From: Archaeoglobus sp. JdFR-37
GTDB taxonomy: Archaea; Halobacteriota; Archaeoglobi; Archaeoglobales; Archaeoglobaceae
Length of the DNA stretch: 20,000 nt
Direction of reading: 5' to 3'
Assembly: GCA_002010215.1 (NCBI GenBank)
Contig: MTMY01000021.1
Location: forward strand, 44,399 to 64,398
Each line of letters opens with the position of its first letter. Position 1 is the first letter of the stretch. Below, one piece after another: positions 1 to 8,363 of this stretch. The notes under the pieces are model-generated. The model was not told the DNA's origin and did not search any database. It worked only from the letters and a program-made list of their open reading frames with translations. The position numbers were made by a program, and so were the translations under genes.

Positions 1-783
1 TTTGTCAGGGGAGTAAGTATAGTGTATAGCCATGTTGGGGCAGACATTCATACATATTGAGCAATCAAATCCGAAACACTGCTCCTTATCGAAATGCTGT
101 ACTCCACTGAGAAGTTTACTGACATGAATTGCATTTTCGGGGCAGACTTCAGAACAGATGCCACACATAGAGCAAAGGTCTCCATCAACAACAACTTCCC
201 CCCTGATGATTTCTTTGCGTGCTGGCTGGAATCTGCATGAGTCACAATGAATGTGTATTACTGAGCGGGGGCACACCCAAGAACATATCTCACAGTAGAT
301 GCACTTGTCTCCATTTATTGTCGGAGCGCCTTTTTCCAGTCGAACAGCCTTTGTCGGGCAGTTTATCACACAGAGCCTGCATTCGATGCATCTCTCTTTA
401 TCTCTGAGTTCAATCCAGCCACCTCTTATTTTGCTAAGATCTAGTTCTCTTTTGACCTTTATAGCGTCTCTTGGACAGAATTCCATACACAATCCACAGT
501 AAACACACCTATCTTTATCTACATCCACTTTTTTGAATCCAAACTCTTCTTGGAATATTTCCGAATAAATGCTGCCAGAATCCCCGTTTCTGATTACCTG
601 AATAGCACCATAAAAACAGAAATCCGAACAGAGACCACAAAGAGAGCAATTATCGTTTACCCTAACATCAAACTTTCGATTATCTCTGAATATCTGAATT
701 GCGTTATTAGGACAAACTATCTCACACAATCCGCATCCTGTACATATTTCACCTCTGAAACTCAATCCCTGCAACAGCCGCAC
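1..783 (-). CDS. fwdF: Polyferredoxin, formylmethanofuran dehydrogenase subunit F (FwdF)-like; partial, 3' end runs off the window
   Basis: Not in the ORF track. Manual translation from GTG at 783 (alternative TTG at 774; GAGGTG RBS-like sequence upstream) is open for 261 codons to position 1. It has seven 4Fe-4S motifs (CTGCGLCEIVCP, CSLCGLCSDFCF, CVYCGLCMEFCP, CIECRLCVINCP, CIYCEICSWVCP, CSMCGICSEVCP, CFGFDCSICMNVCP) plus an extra CDSC. Polyferredoxin is secure; FwdF identity is inferred from the layout. Confidence 0.8.
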   Translation of the reverse strand, partial: MRLLQGLSFRGEICTGCGLCEIVCPNNAIQIFRDNRKFDVRVNDNCSLCGLCSDFCFYGAIQVIRNGDSGSIYSEIFQEEFGFKKVDVDKDRCVYCGLCMEFCPRDAIKVKRELDLSKIRGGWIELRDKERCIECRLCVINCPTKAVRLEKGAPTINGDKCIYCEICSWVCPRSVIHIHCDSCRFQPARKEIIRGEVVVDGDLCSMCGICSEVCPENAIHVSKLLSGVQHFDKEQCFGFDCSICMNVCPNMAIHYTYSPDK

Positions 784-795
784 CTCACCACCTCT

Positions 796-811
796 TTGCA
801 CTATTGTGCAA
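796..811. promoter_or_regulatory. Perfect inverted repeat TTGCAC-N4-GTGCAA, candidate operator
   Basis: TTGCAC 796-801, TATT, GTGCAA 806-811, lying between the TATA box and the RBS of the polyferredoxin gene. Confidence 0.4.
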
Positions 812-826
812 CCTTAACAGTTAGTA

Positions 827-843
827 ATTTAAAAAATTTTTCG
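827..843 (-). promoter_or_regulatory. BRE/TATA promoter for the polyferredoxin gene
   Basis: Minus strand reads CGAAAAATT-TTTTAAAT, about 45 nt upstream of the GTG at 783. Confidence 0.5.
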
Positions 844-1016
844 TGAGATATTTTACACAATTAGTCGAATTTGCCAAAAATTACTACTCTGTAAATCAAT
901 AAGTCAATTTGCATTCATCAACTATGCTTAATTAAATTTTCCGCAGAGGAGCTTGTCGATTTAGGTATAAACAATGGCAAAACCCTTTTGAAACCAGCCG
1001 TATTTAACACCTTTAA

Positions 1017-2051
1017 ATGCTCGTATTGAGAACAGACCTCAAAAATCCAGACGAAAAGACACTGAAATTTGCAGCTGAGATTATCAGGGAAGGCGGTCTT
1101 GTCGCTTTCCCAACAGAAACTGTTTACGGACTTGGTGCTGATGCCTTAAACAGCAAAGCAGTCAGAAGAATCTTTGAAGCCAAAGGTAGACCAGCAGATA
1201 ACCCTCTCATCGTCCATATCTCCGACTTTGAAACCATCGAAAAACTGGCTTTCGTTACTGAAACTGCCAGAAAACTCATGAAAAAATTTTTCCCCGGCCC
1301 TCTGACCCTAGTGCTGAAGAAAAGAGACGTGGTTCCCGATATTACAACTGGTAGACTCGATACGGTTGCGATACGGATGCCCGACCATCAAGTAGCTTTA
1401 AAACTTATCGAACTCAGCGGAACTCCAATTGCTGCACCTTCAGCCAATATATCTGGAAAACCAAGTCCAACAAAAGCCGAACATGTAATTGAAGATTTTT
1501 CTGACAAAATTGAGTGTGTCATTGATGGTGGTGAGACGAAAATTGGTTTAGAATCAACGGTAGTGGATGCCAGAAAAGAGCCTGTCGAGATTCTCAGACC
1601 CGGTGCTGTGACAGCAGAGGAGTTATCAGAGGTTGTGGAAATAACCCATTACAGATCTGGCACTATTCGCTCACCAGGGATGAAATACAGGCATTACTCG
1701 CCAAAGGCAGAACTGATTGTGCTTGTAGGGGAAATGGGGGGAGCCGGAGAGACGGAGGAGCAGGTAAAAAGGAAAGTAATAGGGCTAGCTGAAGAACTTA
1801 GAAAGAAGGGTTTCAGAATAGGACTTGCTGTAAGGAGTGGTAGAAACTTGAGAAAGAGAGATTTAAGAGGGTTCGAGATTATAGAGCTTGGAGAGAGTAT
1901 TGAGGAAGTGGCAAAAAGGTTGTTCTCAGCTTTAAGAGAGCTTGACAGAAGAGGGGTTGATGTGATTATAGCAGAAGGCGTAGAAGAGAAGGGCTTGGGT
2001 ACTGCTATAATGAACAGGCTAAAAAAGGCTGGTAGAGTATACAGAGTGTGA
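1017..2051 (+). CDS. sua5: Threonylcarbamoyl-AMP synthase Sua5 (YrdC + SUA5 domains)
   Basis: VAFPTETVYGLGADA, AKGRPADNPLIVH, APSANISGKPSPT, linker SPGMKYRHYSP and C-terminal GLGTAIMNRLKKA. Confidence 0.97.
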   Translation: MLVLRTDLKNPDEKTLKFAAEIIREGGLVAFPTETVYGLGADALNSKAVRRIFEAKGRPADNPLIVHISDFETIEKLAFVTETARKLMKKFFPGPLTLVLKKRDVVPDITTGRLDTVAIRMPDHQVALKLIELSGTPIAAPSANISGKPSPTKAEHVIEDFSDKIECVIDGGETKIGLESTVVDARKEPVEILRPGAVTAEELSEVVEITHYRSGTIRSPGMKYRHYSPKAELIVLVGEMGGAGETEEQVKRKVIGLAEELRKKGFRIGLAVRSGRNLRKRDLRGFEIIELGESIEEVAKRLFSALRELDRRGVDVIIAEGVEEKGLGTAIMNRLKKAGRVYRV

Positions 2052-2077
2052 AGCAGCTCAACTGCTCAATTGCACCC

Positions 2078-2440
2078 CTATGCAATATACTTTTTTATTT
2101 TCTCAACAAGTTCGTTTCTCCTTATGGGTTTTGAAATCACCTCTTTGGCTCCAGCTTCCAGCATGTTCCTCCCTTTTGTAGGAGCATAGGCCGAGATGGC
2201 TATAACAACAGCATCCGGATCTAATTTAATTATCTCCTTTGTAGCCTCAATCCCATCCATCTCAGGCATTACGATGTCCATTAGAACAACATCTGGCCTG
2301 TGCATTTGATAAAGAATTACAGCCCTTCTTCCGCTATCAGCCTCAATCACTTCAAAATCTGAGAGCATGGTTTTCAGGATTTCCCTAAGTAATTCATCAT
2401 CGTCTGCAATAAGAATTCTGGCAATGTTTTTCACCACCAT
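2078..2440 (-). CDS. Stand-alone response regulator receiver (CheY-like) protein
   Basis: 120 aa with ILIADDD acidic pocket, VVLMDIVMPEMDG phospho-Asp, AISA and ISKP. No output domain. Confidence 0.95.
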   Translation of the reverse strand: MVVKNIARILIADDDELLREILKTMLSDFEVIEADSGRRAVILYQMHRPDVVLMDIVMPEMDGIEATKEIIKLDPDAVVIAISAYAPTKGRNMLEAGAKEVISKPIRRNELVEKIKKYIA

Positions 2441-2455
2441 GTTACATGATAATGA

Positions 2456-2481
2456 TAACCATTATATATGACTTTTGGTTA
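2456..2481. promoter_or_regulatory. Probable shared TATA box between the receiver and kinase genes
   Basis: ATTATATAT at 2461-2469 in a 61-nt divergent gap, flanked by TAACCA (2456-2461) and TGGTTA (2476-2481). Confidence 0.45.
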
Positions 2482-2501
2482 GTAATTATTAGTGATTAAC
2501 G

Positions 2502-4964
2502 ATGCCAGCCCACCCTTATGAAAATTCTGGCGTTCGGGAAATTGTGAACCGAACAGATGCTTACGTAGTCCTAATTGATGAAGATTTTAACATATTCCAA
2601 GTAAATAAAAAAATGAGGGAAAAATTCGGAGAAGTTGAGGGAATGAAATGTTATCAAGTCCTTCACTCTTTACCCCATCCTCCCGATCACTGTCCTGTAT
2701 TGAAAATGGCTAAAGATAGAGAGGTAAACATCGCCTACGAACATTCTCTTGGCAAGCTCGTTAAAATTGAGACAAAGAGAGTGGTAATAGACAATTCAGA
2801 ATATCTTCTGCATATTATGGAAGATCTAACACCTGATGTGGAACGAGAGGCTTTTGAGAAGGTTATGGGAGAAATTAAGGAAAAATATAAAAACATCATA
2901 GATAATGTACCTGTTGGTATATTCATATTCCAAGACGGGAGATTCGTTTTTGTAAATGAAGAACTGACAAGGATGACTGGCTATTCCAAAGTTCAGCTCC
3001 ACAGACTCGACCCCTTCATCCTGCTACACCGAGATTATGTTGAAGAAACAAAGAAATATTCTGAGTTTGCTCTAGCAGGAAACACCGAAAAGCTGCCGGA
3101 CTATTTCATTGTTAAACTGATCAGAAGAGATGGAAGCGAGATCTGGGTAGAGTTCAAATATAATCTGATAAACTACAGAGGTAAACCTGCACTTCTTGTA
3201 AGCGCTGTTGATGTGTCTGAGATTAAAAAATTGAAGGAGAGAATTAAGGAGAGTGAGGAATCCTTCAGAGCTCTTGCTGAAAATGCTATTACAGGAGTTC
3301 TCGTTTACCAAGACGATTATTATGTCTATGTCAATCCCGTAGTGGAAAAACTAACTGGATATACGCGAGAAGAACTGATGAGTGCCCCTTTCTGGGAGTT
3401 TGCTCACTCAAGTATTAAAGAAGTTGTAAAGGATAGGGGGAGGAGGAGACAAAGAGGTGAGAAGGTAGAACCCACGATATACGAGATTCCATACTTAACG
3501 AAGAGCGGAGAAGTCAGATGGGGACTATTTGCTTTCTCCAACACAATATATAATGGAAAGCCAGCAGGTGTTACAATATTCTTTGACATTACTGAGAAGA
3601 AGATGTTGGAGGAGAGGCTTAAAGAGTCAGAACAGAAATTCAGAATGCTTTTCGAAAACGCCAATGACGCCATCTTCATCCATGAGTTTGATGGACGAAT
3701 TATAGAAGTCAATCAGACTGCATGCAAACGTTTAGGCTATACAAAGGAGGAATTGCTGAATATGACTCCTATGGATATTGACACGCCAGAATATGCCGCC
3801 CTCGTACCCAAAAGGATTGAAGAGCTTCGTGAGAAGAGACATTTAATCTTCGAGACTGCCCATGTCAGCAAAGATGGAAGAGTTATCCCAACTGAAATAA
3901 GCGGCACTGTAATCGAATTTGGTGGAAGACAAGTGATTCTTAGCATTGCTCGAGATATCTCAGACCGGAAACAGGCAGAGCAGTTCTTCGAGGGGCTATT
4001 CACAAATTCACCGATAGGTGTCTATATAGTCCAAGATGGGAAATTCAAAATGGTTAACCCTCAGTTTCTGAAAATAACTGGGTACAGCCGAGAGGAGTTG
4101 TTAGGAAGAGACTCTCTAACCTTAGTTGTTCCAGAAGATAGAGGCCTTGTAAGGGAGAAAGCTATCAAAATGTTAAAGGGAGAGTGTTTTACGCCTTACG
4201 AGTACAGAGCCATATCCAAAAACGGAGAAATAAAATGGGTCATGGAGACTGTCACGTCAATTCAGTACCAAGGTAGAAGAGCTGCATTAGGAAGCTTTAT
4301 GGATGTAACTGAACGAAAAGAGGCTGAAAAGGCAATAATCCAACTCAATGAAGTTTTGAGGCTAATAAACAAAATAATCAGGCATGACATACTCAATAAT
4401 TTGAGTGCTATCAGTGGAGCCCTTGAAACATTTGTAGAGACCCGGGATGAGAGGTTACTTGAAACTGCCCGAAAGGCGGTAGATAAAGGTATAGAGCTTA
4501 TAAAAAGGATGAGAGAACTAGAGCTTCTAGTTTCCTCTGCTGGCGATTTAAGACCATTTAGCGCAAGAGAGGTAGTCAAGGAAGTTGTAAAAGACTATCC
4601 AATCGAGTTTAATGTAGAAGGTGACTGTCAGGTTCTGGCAGATGATGCCCTAATTTCAGTAATTGATAACATCGTAAAGAATGCAATAATACACAGCGAA
4701 TCAGAAAAAATCGACATAAAAATTGAGAAAAAAGGAGAGTTCTGCGAAATAAAGATAGTAGATTACGGCAAGGGTATTCCCGATGAAATAAAGGACAGAA
4801 TCTTCGAGGAGGGTTTCAAATACGGGAAAACAGGGCGTTCCGGTCTGGGGCTGTATATCGTCAAGAAGATGGTTGAAAGATACGGTGGAGATGTGAGAGT
4901 AGAAGACAATCAACCCAGAGGCAGCATTTTTATTATACGATTAAAGGTGGTCAAAAATGGCTAA
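2502..4964 (+). CDS. Cytoplasmic multi-PAS sensor histidine kinase (about 5 PAS + HisKA + HATPase_c)
   Basis: Repeated PAS/PAC motifs (VN...TGY.REEL...G...W...D(I/V)(T/S)E.K); H-box IIRHDILNNL (H628); N-box DNIVKNAIIH; G1 DYGKGI; F-box IFEEGF; G2 GLGLYIVK. No TM segments. Confidence 0.95.
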   Translation: MPAHPYENSGVREIVNRTDAYVVLIDEDFNIFQVNKKMREKFGEVEGMKCYQVLHSLPHPPDHCPVLKMAKDREVNIAYEHSLGKLVKIETKRVVIDNSEYLLHIMEDLTPDVEREAFEKVMGEIKEKYKNIIDNVPVGIFIFQDGRFVFVNEELTRMTGYSKVQLHRLDPFILLHRDYVEETKKYSEFALAGNTEKLPDYFIVKLIRRDGSEIWVEFKYNLINYRGKPALLVSAVDVSEIKKLKERIKESEESFRALAENAITGVLVYQDDYYVYVNPVVEKLTGYTREELMSAPFWEFAHSSIKEVVKDRGRRRQRGEKVEPTIYEIPYLTKSGEVRWGLFAFSNTIYNGKPAGVTIFFDITEKKMLEERLKESEQKFRMLFENANDAIFIHEFDGRIIEVNQTACKRLGYTKEELLNMTPMDIDTPEYAALVPKRIEELREKRHLIFETAHVSKDGRVIPTEISGTVIEFGGRQVILSIARDISDRKQAEQFFEGLFTNSPIGVYIVQDGKFKMVNPQFLKITGYSREELLGRDSLTLVVPEDRGLVREKAIKMLKGECFTPYEYRAISKNGEIKWVMETVTSIQYQGRRAALGSFMDVTERKEAEKAIIQLNEVLRLINKIIRHDILNNLSAISGALETFVETRDERLLETARKAVDKGIELIKRMRELELLVSSAGDLRPFSAREVVKEVVKDYPIEFNVEGDCQVLADDALISVIDNIVKNAIIHSESEKIDIKIEKKGEFCEIKIVDYGKGIPDEIKDRIFEEGFKYGKTGRSGLGLYIVKKMVERYGGDVRVEDNQPRGSIFIIRLKVVKNG

Positions 4965-7281
4965 AAGGCTACTATCAACTCTTTTCTTAATCCTTTTTTT
5001 CACACTCACTCCTCCTTCATCCGCATGGGTAGTGGGGATTGACGAAAATTACCCACCTCATGAATTTGTAGAAAATGGAGAAGTCAAAGGTTTCAACGTA
5101 GACTTAATAAAAGCTATGGCTGAAGTTGTGAACGAGAGTGTAGAGTTCAAACCCATGCCCTGGAATTCGGTGATGAAGTCACTGAATAACGGCAGTATAG
5201 ATATGGCGTTTATGGCTGCCTATGAACCGAGAAAAGAATTTTACGATTTTACTAATCCTATTCTTAATATTACACTGGCAATCTTTGTCAAGAATGATGT
5301 TTACGGAATTGCATCCCTCAACGACCTAAAAGACCATACTGTGGTGGTAGAGCGAGGAGATATAGCTCATGAGATTATCTCAGGAAAGGGTGCTAATGTC
5401 ATCGCAGTGGATAACCAGAGAGAGGCAATGGAAATGCTGGCAAGAGGAGATGCTTTTGCTTACTTCGGGAACTATTATACAGGACTTTATCTGATTCAAA
5501 AATACGGATATAGCGATATAAAAGTCATTGGTGAAAAAATAAATGTCGGATACCGGGCTATAGCAGTTAAAAAAGGCAATATTGCACTACTGAACCAGCT
5601 GAATTATGCCCTAGATACCATAAAGTCTAATGGAAAATATGACGAAATCTATGAGAAATGGTTTGGCAGACCTGTTATAGCTGGATGGGTGAAGTACGTT
5701 TTGATACTAGGTGGTCTCGCTTTGACCGCATCAACCATATTCACCATTTTCACATGGTATTTCAACAGGAAAATAAAAGAGAAGACTCAGGAACTCAAAG
5801 AGTCAGAGAGAAGGTACAGAGATTTATGGGAAAACGCAAATGACATCCTCTACATACACGACATTCATGGAAATTTCATCGAAATGAACAAAGTTGGAAG
5901 GGAGATAACAGGATACAGCAAGGAAGAGATAAAAAAGATTAATATCAGAGATATTGTCGATGAGAAGTACCTACCTCTGGCAATTCAGAAAATGAGGGAA
6001 AAAGTGCTGACAGGTCAGCCAACCGACCCCTACGAGCTTCTATGCCGTACCAGAGATGGGAGAGAGATCTGGGTAGAGATTAGATCACGCCCAATAATTG
6101 AGAACGGTGTGGTTGTGGCTGTAGAGGGTGTAGCAAGAGATATTACAGAGCGGAAGAAGATGATTGAGGAGTTGCAGAAATACGAGAGATTCTACAAAAA
6201 CGCCCAAGATTTATTCTTTATAATTGGAAGGGATGGGAAGTTTATAAGTGTAAACCCCAAATTTCCAGAGCTTCTCGGGTATGATGGCGACGAAATAATT
6301 GGACGAACATCCAGAAAGCTGATCCACCCTGACGAAGTCGAACTTGTAAGAGAGTTTTTCAATAGAGCACTGAAAGGGGAAACTGTAAGGAGCGAGTTCA
6401 GGGCTGTGACGAAAGATGGTAGAGTGCTGTGGTTTGACCTTGTAGAGTGGCCCGTTTTTAAAGATGGTGAAGTTGTTGAAGTTGAGGGGATAGTGAGGGA
6501 GATAACTGAAAGGAGAAGAATGGAGGAGGAGATAATTAAGGTAAACAGGCTCCTCAGGACCATTAACAATATCAATAAGCTGATGGTTCATGAGCGAGAC
6601 AAAAACGTGCTTCTTCAAAAAGCATGTGAGGAGTTGACTAGTCTTGAAGAGTACTATTCAGCGTGGATTGGACTGATTGATAACAAAACCATCGTCCCTA
6701 TTGCGATGGCGAAAGCAGAGATAGATATCTCAAAACTCACAATAGATCTCGCAAAAACCCCGCCATATGATTGTGTAAGGTTGGCTGTAGAGAATAAGGT
6801 AATTGAGGTGCGAGACCCATCTGAACACGAGGTTTGCAGAATTTGTCCTTTACATTCATTCCATAGAGTCTGCATGGTCGTTCCAATGATTGTAGACGGC
6901 GAAGTTATAGGGGTCGTGGTAATATATTCAAAGGGGAAACAACCGCTTGATAAGGAAATAGAGCTGCTTCAGACTCTTGCCAATGATCTTGCTTTTGCAA
7001 TAAAATCAGTAGAGATCGAAGAGCAGAAAAGAGTGGCTTACGAACAAATAGAAAAGAACATTGAGCAATTCGCTATTCTGGTTGATAGAATAAGAAATCC
7101 CCTATCAGTCATTATAGGATACACTGAACTCAAAGAAGAAATGAAAGAAAAAATGGATGACGACAGGATATTTGAAATAATCGCACATAATGCCAAAGAG
7201 ATTGAGAGAATAGTCCAGCAACTGGATAAAGGCTGGATTGAATCCGAAAAAATCAGAGTATTTCTAAGAAAAAGTGGGTGA
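4957..7281 (+). CDS. Membrane sensor: signal peptide, family-3 solute-binding domain, TM, 2 PAS, GAF, degenerate HisKA-like helix; no ATPase domain
   Basis: Hydrophobic N-terminus; SBP motifs VGIDENYPPHEF...GFNVDL and GKYDEIYEKWFG; TM YVLILGGLALTASTIFTIFTWYF; two PAS; GAF ending ELLQTLANDLAFAI; C-terminal VDRIRNPL...LDKGWIESEKIRVFLRK. Overlaps the upstream kinase by 8 nt. Confidence 0.9.
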   Translation: MAKRLLSTLFLILFFTLTPPSSAWVVGIDENYPPHEFVENGEVKGFNVDLIKAMAEVVNESVEFKPMPWNSVMKSLNNGSIDMAFMAAYEPRKEFYDFTNPILNITLAIFVKNDVYGIASLNDLKDHTVVVERGDIAHEIISGKGANVIAVDNQREAMEMLARGDAFAYFGNYYTGLYLIQKYGYSDIKVIGEKINVGYRAIAVKKGNIALLNQLNYALDTIKSNGKYDEIYEKWFGRPVIAGWVKYVLILGGLALTASTIFTIFTWYFNRKIKEKTQELKESERRYRDLWENANDILYIHDIHGNFIEMNKVGREITGYSKEEIKKINIRDIVDEKYLPLAIQKMREKVLTGQPTDPYELLCRTRDGREIWVEIRSRPIIENGVVVAVEGVARDITERKKMIEELQKYERFYKNAQDLFFIIGRDGKFISVNPKFPELLGYDGDEIIGRTSRKLIHPDEVELVREFFNRALKGETVRSEFRAVTKDGRVLWFDLVEWPVFKDGEVVEVEGIVREITERRRMEEEIIKVNRLLRTINNINKLMVHERDKNVLLQKACEELTSLEEYYSAWIGLIDNKTIVPIAMAKAEIDISKLTIDLAKTPPYDCVRLAVENKVIEVRDPSEHEVCRICPLHSFHRVCMVVPMIVDGEVIGVVVIYSKGKQPLDKEIELLQTLANDLAFAIKSVEIEEQKRVAYEQIEKNIEQFAILVDRIRNPLSVIIGYTELKEEMKEKMDDDRIFEIIAHNAKEIERIVQQLDKGWIESEKIRVFLRKSG

Positions 7282-7332
7282 TGGGATGTTGAGCAGTTTC
7301 ACTCCGAAGGTTAGGCTGTAATTGTATCTGTA

Positions 7333-7998
7333 TCAAATCTCCGCGAGTCTCCCATTTTCTACCCTAACCCGTGCATAACCACTGGGAAGCTCTTCAAAGA
7401 GCGTTTGTGAAATTCCAAAAGTATAGACTTCCTCTCCAAAGGAATAGAGCTCATCCTCTCTTTTTATTATTACTTCAAGGTCGTGAAGTCTCCTAATAAA
7501 GTGATTTATCACCTCTTTATAAAAACCAGTCTCATCGAATCTCAATAAAGTAATACCTTCTGGCAAAAATGAATAAACCTTCAGCTGGTTAAAGTTACTT
7601 ATAGAGTCACCATAAAACAGCTCTCCCATGTAAAAGCCAAGGAATATTACTACATCCTGAATTTTAAGTTTTTCGAGGATTTCTGAAAGCCTTTCAGACA
7701 CGCTCTCGGCATCATTGGATAGGGGGATATATTCATACAGCTCACCAAATCTAATGTCATCGTTGTGTCCAATTTTTATCACATATGTATCCTCATACCC
7801 CCCTATTTTTTCAAATAACAATTCAAAGTTTCGCCAGATGAGATCAGTGAAAGCAACAAAGATCTTCCTTTTGGATGAGAAAACAGGCAGATAGTGATTG
7901 AGAAGATATATCGAGGCTGGATACCAAGAATCGAACAGTAACCTTACTCTCTTCCCCTCAAATTTAGACGTGATTTCATCAATTCTATCAGAGCTCAT
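7333..7998 (-). CDS. Hypothetical protein, DUF257-like (possible inactivated RecA/KaiC-fold)
   Basis: 221-aa ORF with its own BRE/TATA. Alpha/beta pattern with VIKIG and VIFLG segments recalling DUF257; no Walker A. The ORF is secure, the family call tentative. Confidence 0.55.
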   Translation of the reverse strand: MSSDRIDEITSKFEGKRVRLLFDSWYPASIYLLNHYLPVFSSKRKIFVAFTDLIWRNFELLFEKIGGYEDTYVIKIGHNDDIRFGELYEYIPLSNDAESVSERLSEILEKLKIQDVVIFLGFYMGELFYGDSISNFNQLKVYSFLPEGITLLRFDETGFYKEVINHFIRRLHDLEVIIKREDELYSFGEEVYTFGISQTLFEELPSGYARVRVENGRLAEI

Positions 7999-8018
7999 GA
8001 TAATGATATAGTGATGAT

Positions 8019-8034
8019 GAATAAAAGCTTTTCG
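8019..8034 (-). promoter_or_regulatory. BRE/TATA promoter for the 7333-7998 gene
   Basis: Minus strand CGAAAAGC-TTTTATTC about 21-28 nt upstream of ATG 7998, i.e. leaderless spacing. Confidence 0.5.
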
Positions 8035-8040
8035 ATTTTA

Positions 8041-8271
8041 CTAGGTGCTTTCCTCAACAACCCTCACACACCCAGTTGGACAGACGAACTCGCATTTCTT
8101 GCATCCCACACACAGCTCCTGTTTTGCTGGGTATGGAATCTGCCTCCTGATCTTTCTGCCCAGAAAGCTGAACTCCACCACTCTCCACTCCCAGACACCT
8201 CTGCTGCATACAGCTATGCACTCTCCAGCACCTCCACACCTTCTTGCATCAAACTGAATTTCATAGCTCAT
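8041..8271 (-). CDS. Dicluster-type ferredoxin (76 aa), probably [3Fe-4S]+[4Fe-4S]
   Basis: CGGAGECIAVCS and CVGCKKCEFVCPTGC motifs. Start moved to ATG 8271 because a TTTTTATT box lies about 25 nt upstream and the 8331 start overlaps the divergent promoter region. Confidence 0.88.
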   Translation of the reverse strand: MSYEIQFDARRCGGAGECIAVCSRGVWEWRVVEFSFLGRKIRRQIPYPAKQELCVGCKKCEFVCPTGCVRVVEEST

Positions 8272-8363
8272 GATTTTACCGGATTTTAGCAACGCAATAA
8301 AAACCAATTCCGGGTATGCAAGGTGATGCAAAAACAGATAAAGGTATTAGAATAACTACGAAC

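Noticed and set aside
48..846. Short ORFs 48-245, 219-407, 299-502 and 550-846
   Set aside because: They are off-frame or antisense shadows of the polyferredoxin frame.
8011..8040. GTGATGA C-box-like motif (possible C/D sRNA)
   Set aside because: No CTGA D or D' box at suitable spacing, and it overlaps a minus-strand promoter.
8272..8363. Longer starts for the ferredoxin (8331) and AIR-synthase-like gene (8316)
   Set aside because: They overlap head-to-head and cover the promoter region; family-like sequence begins at 8271 and 8364.
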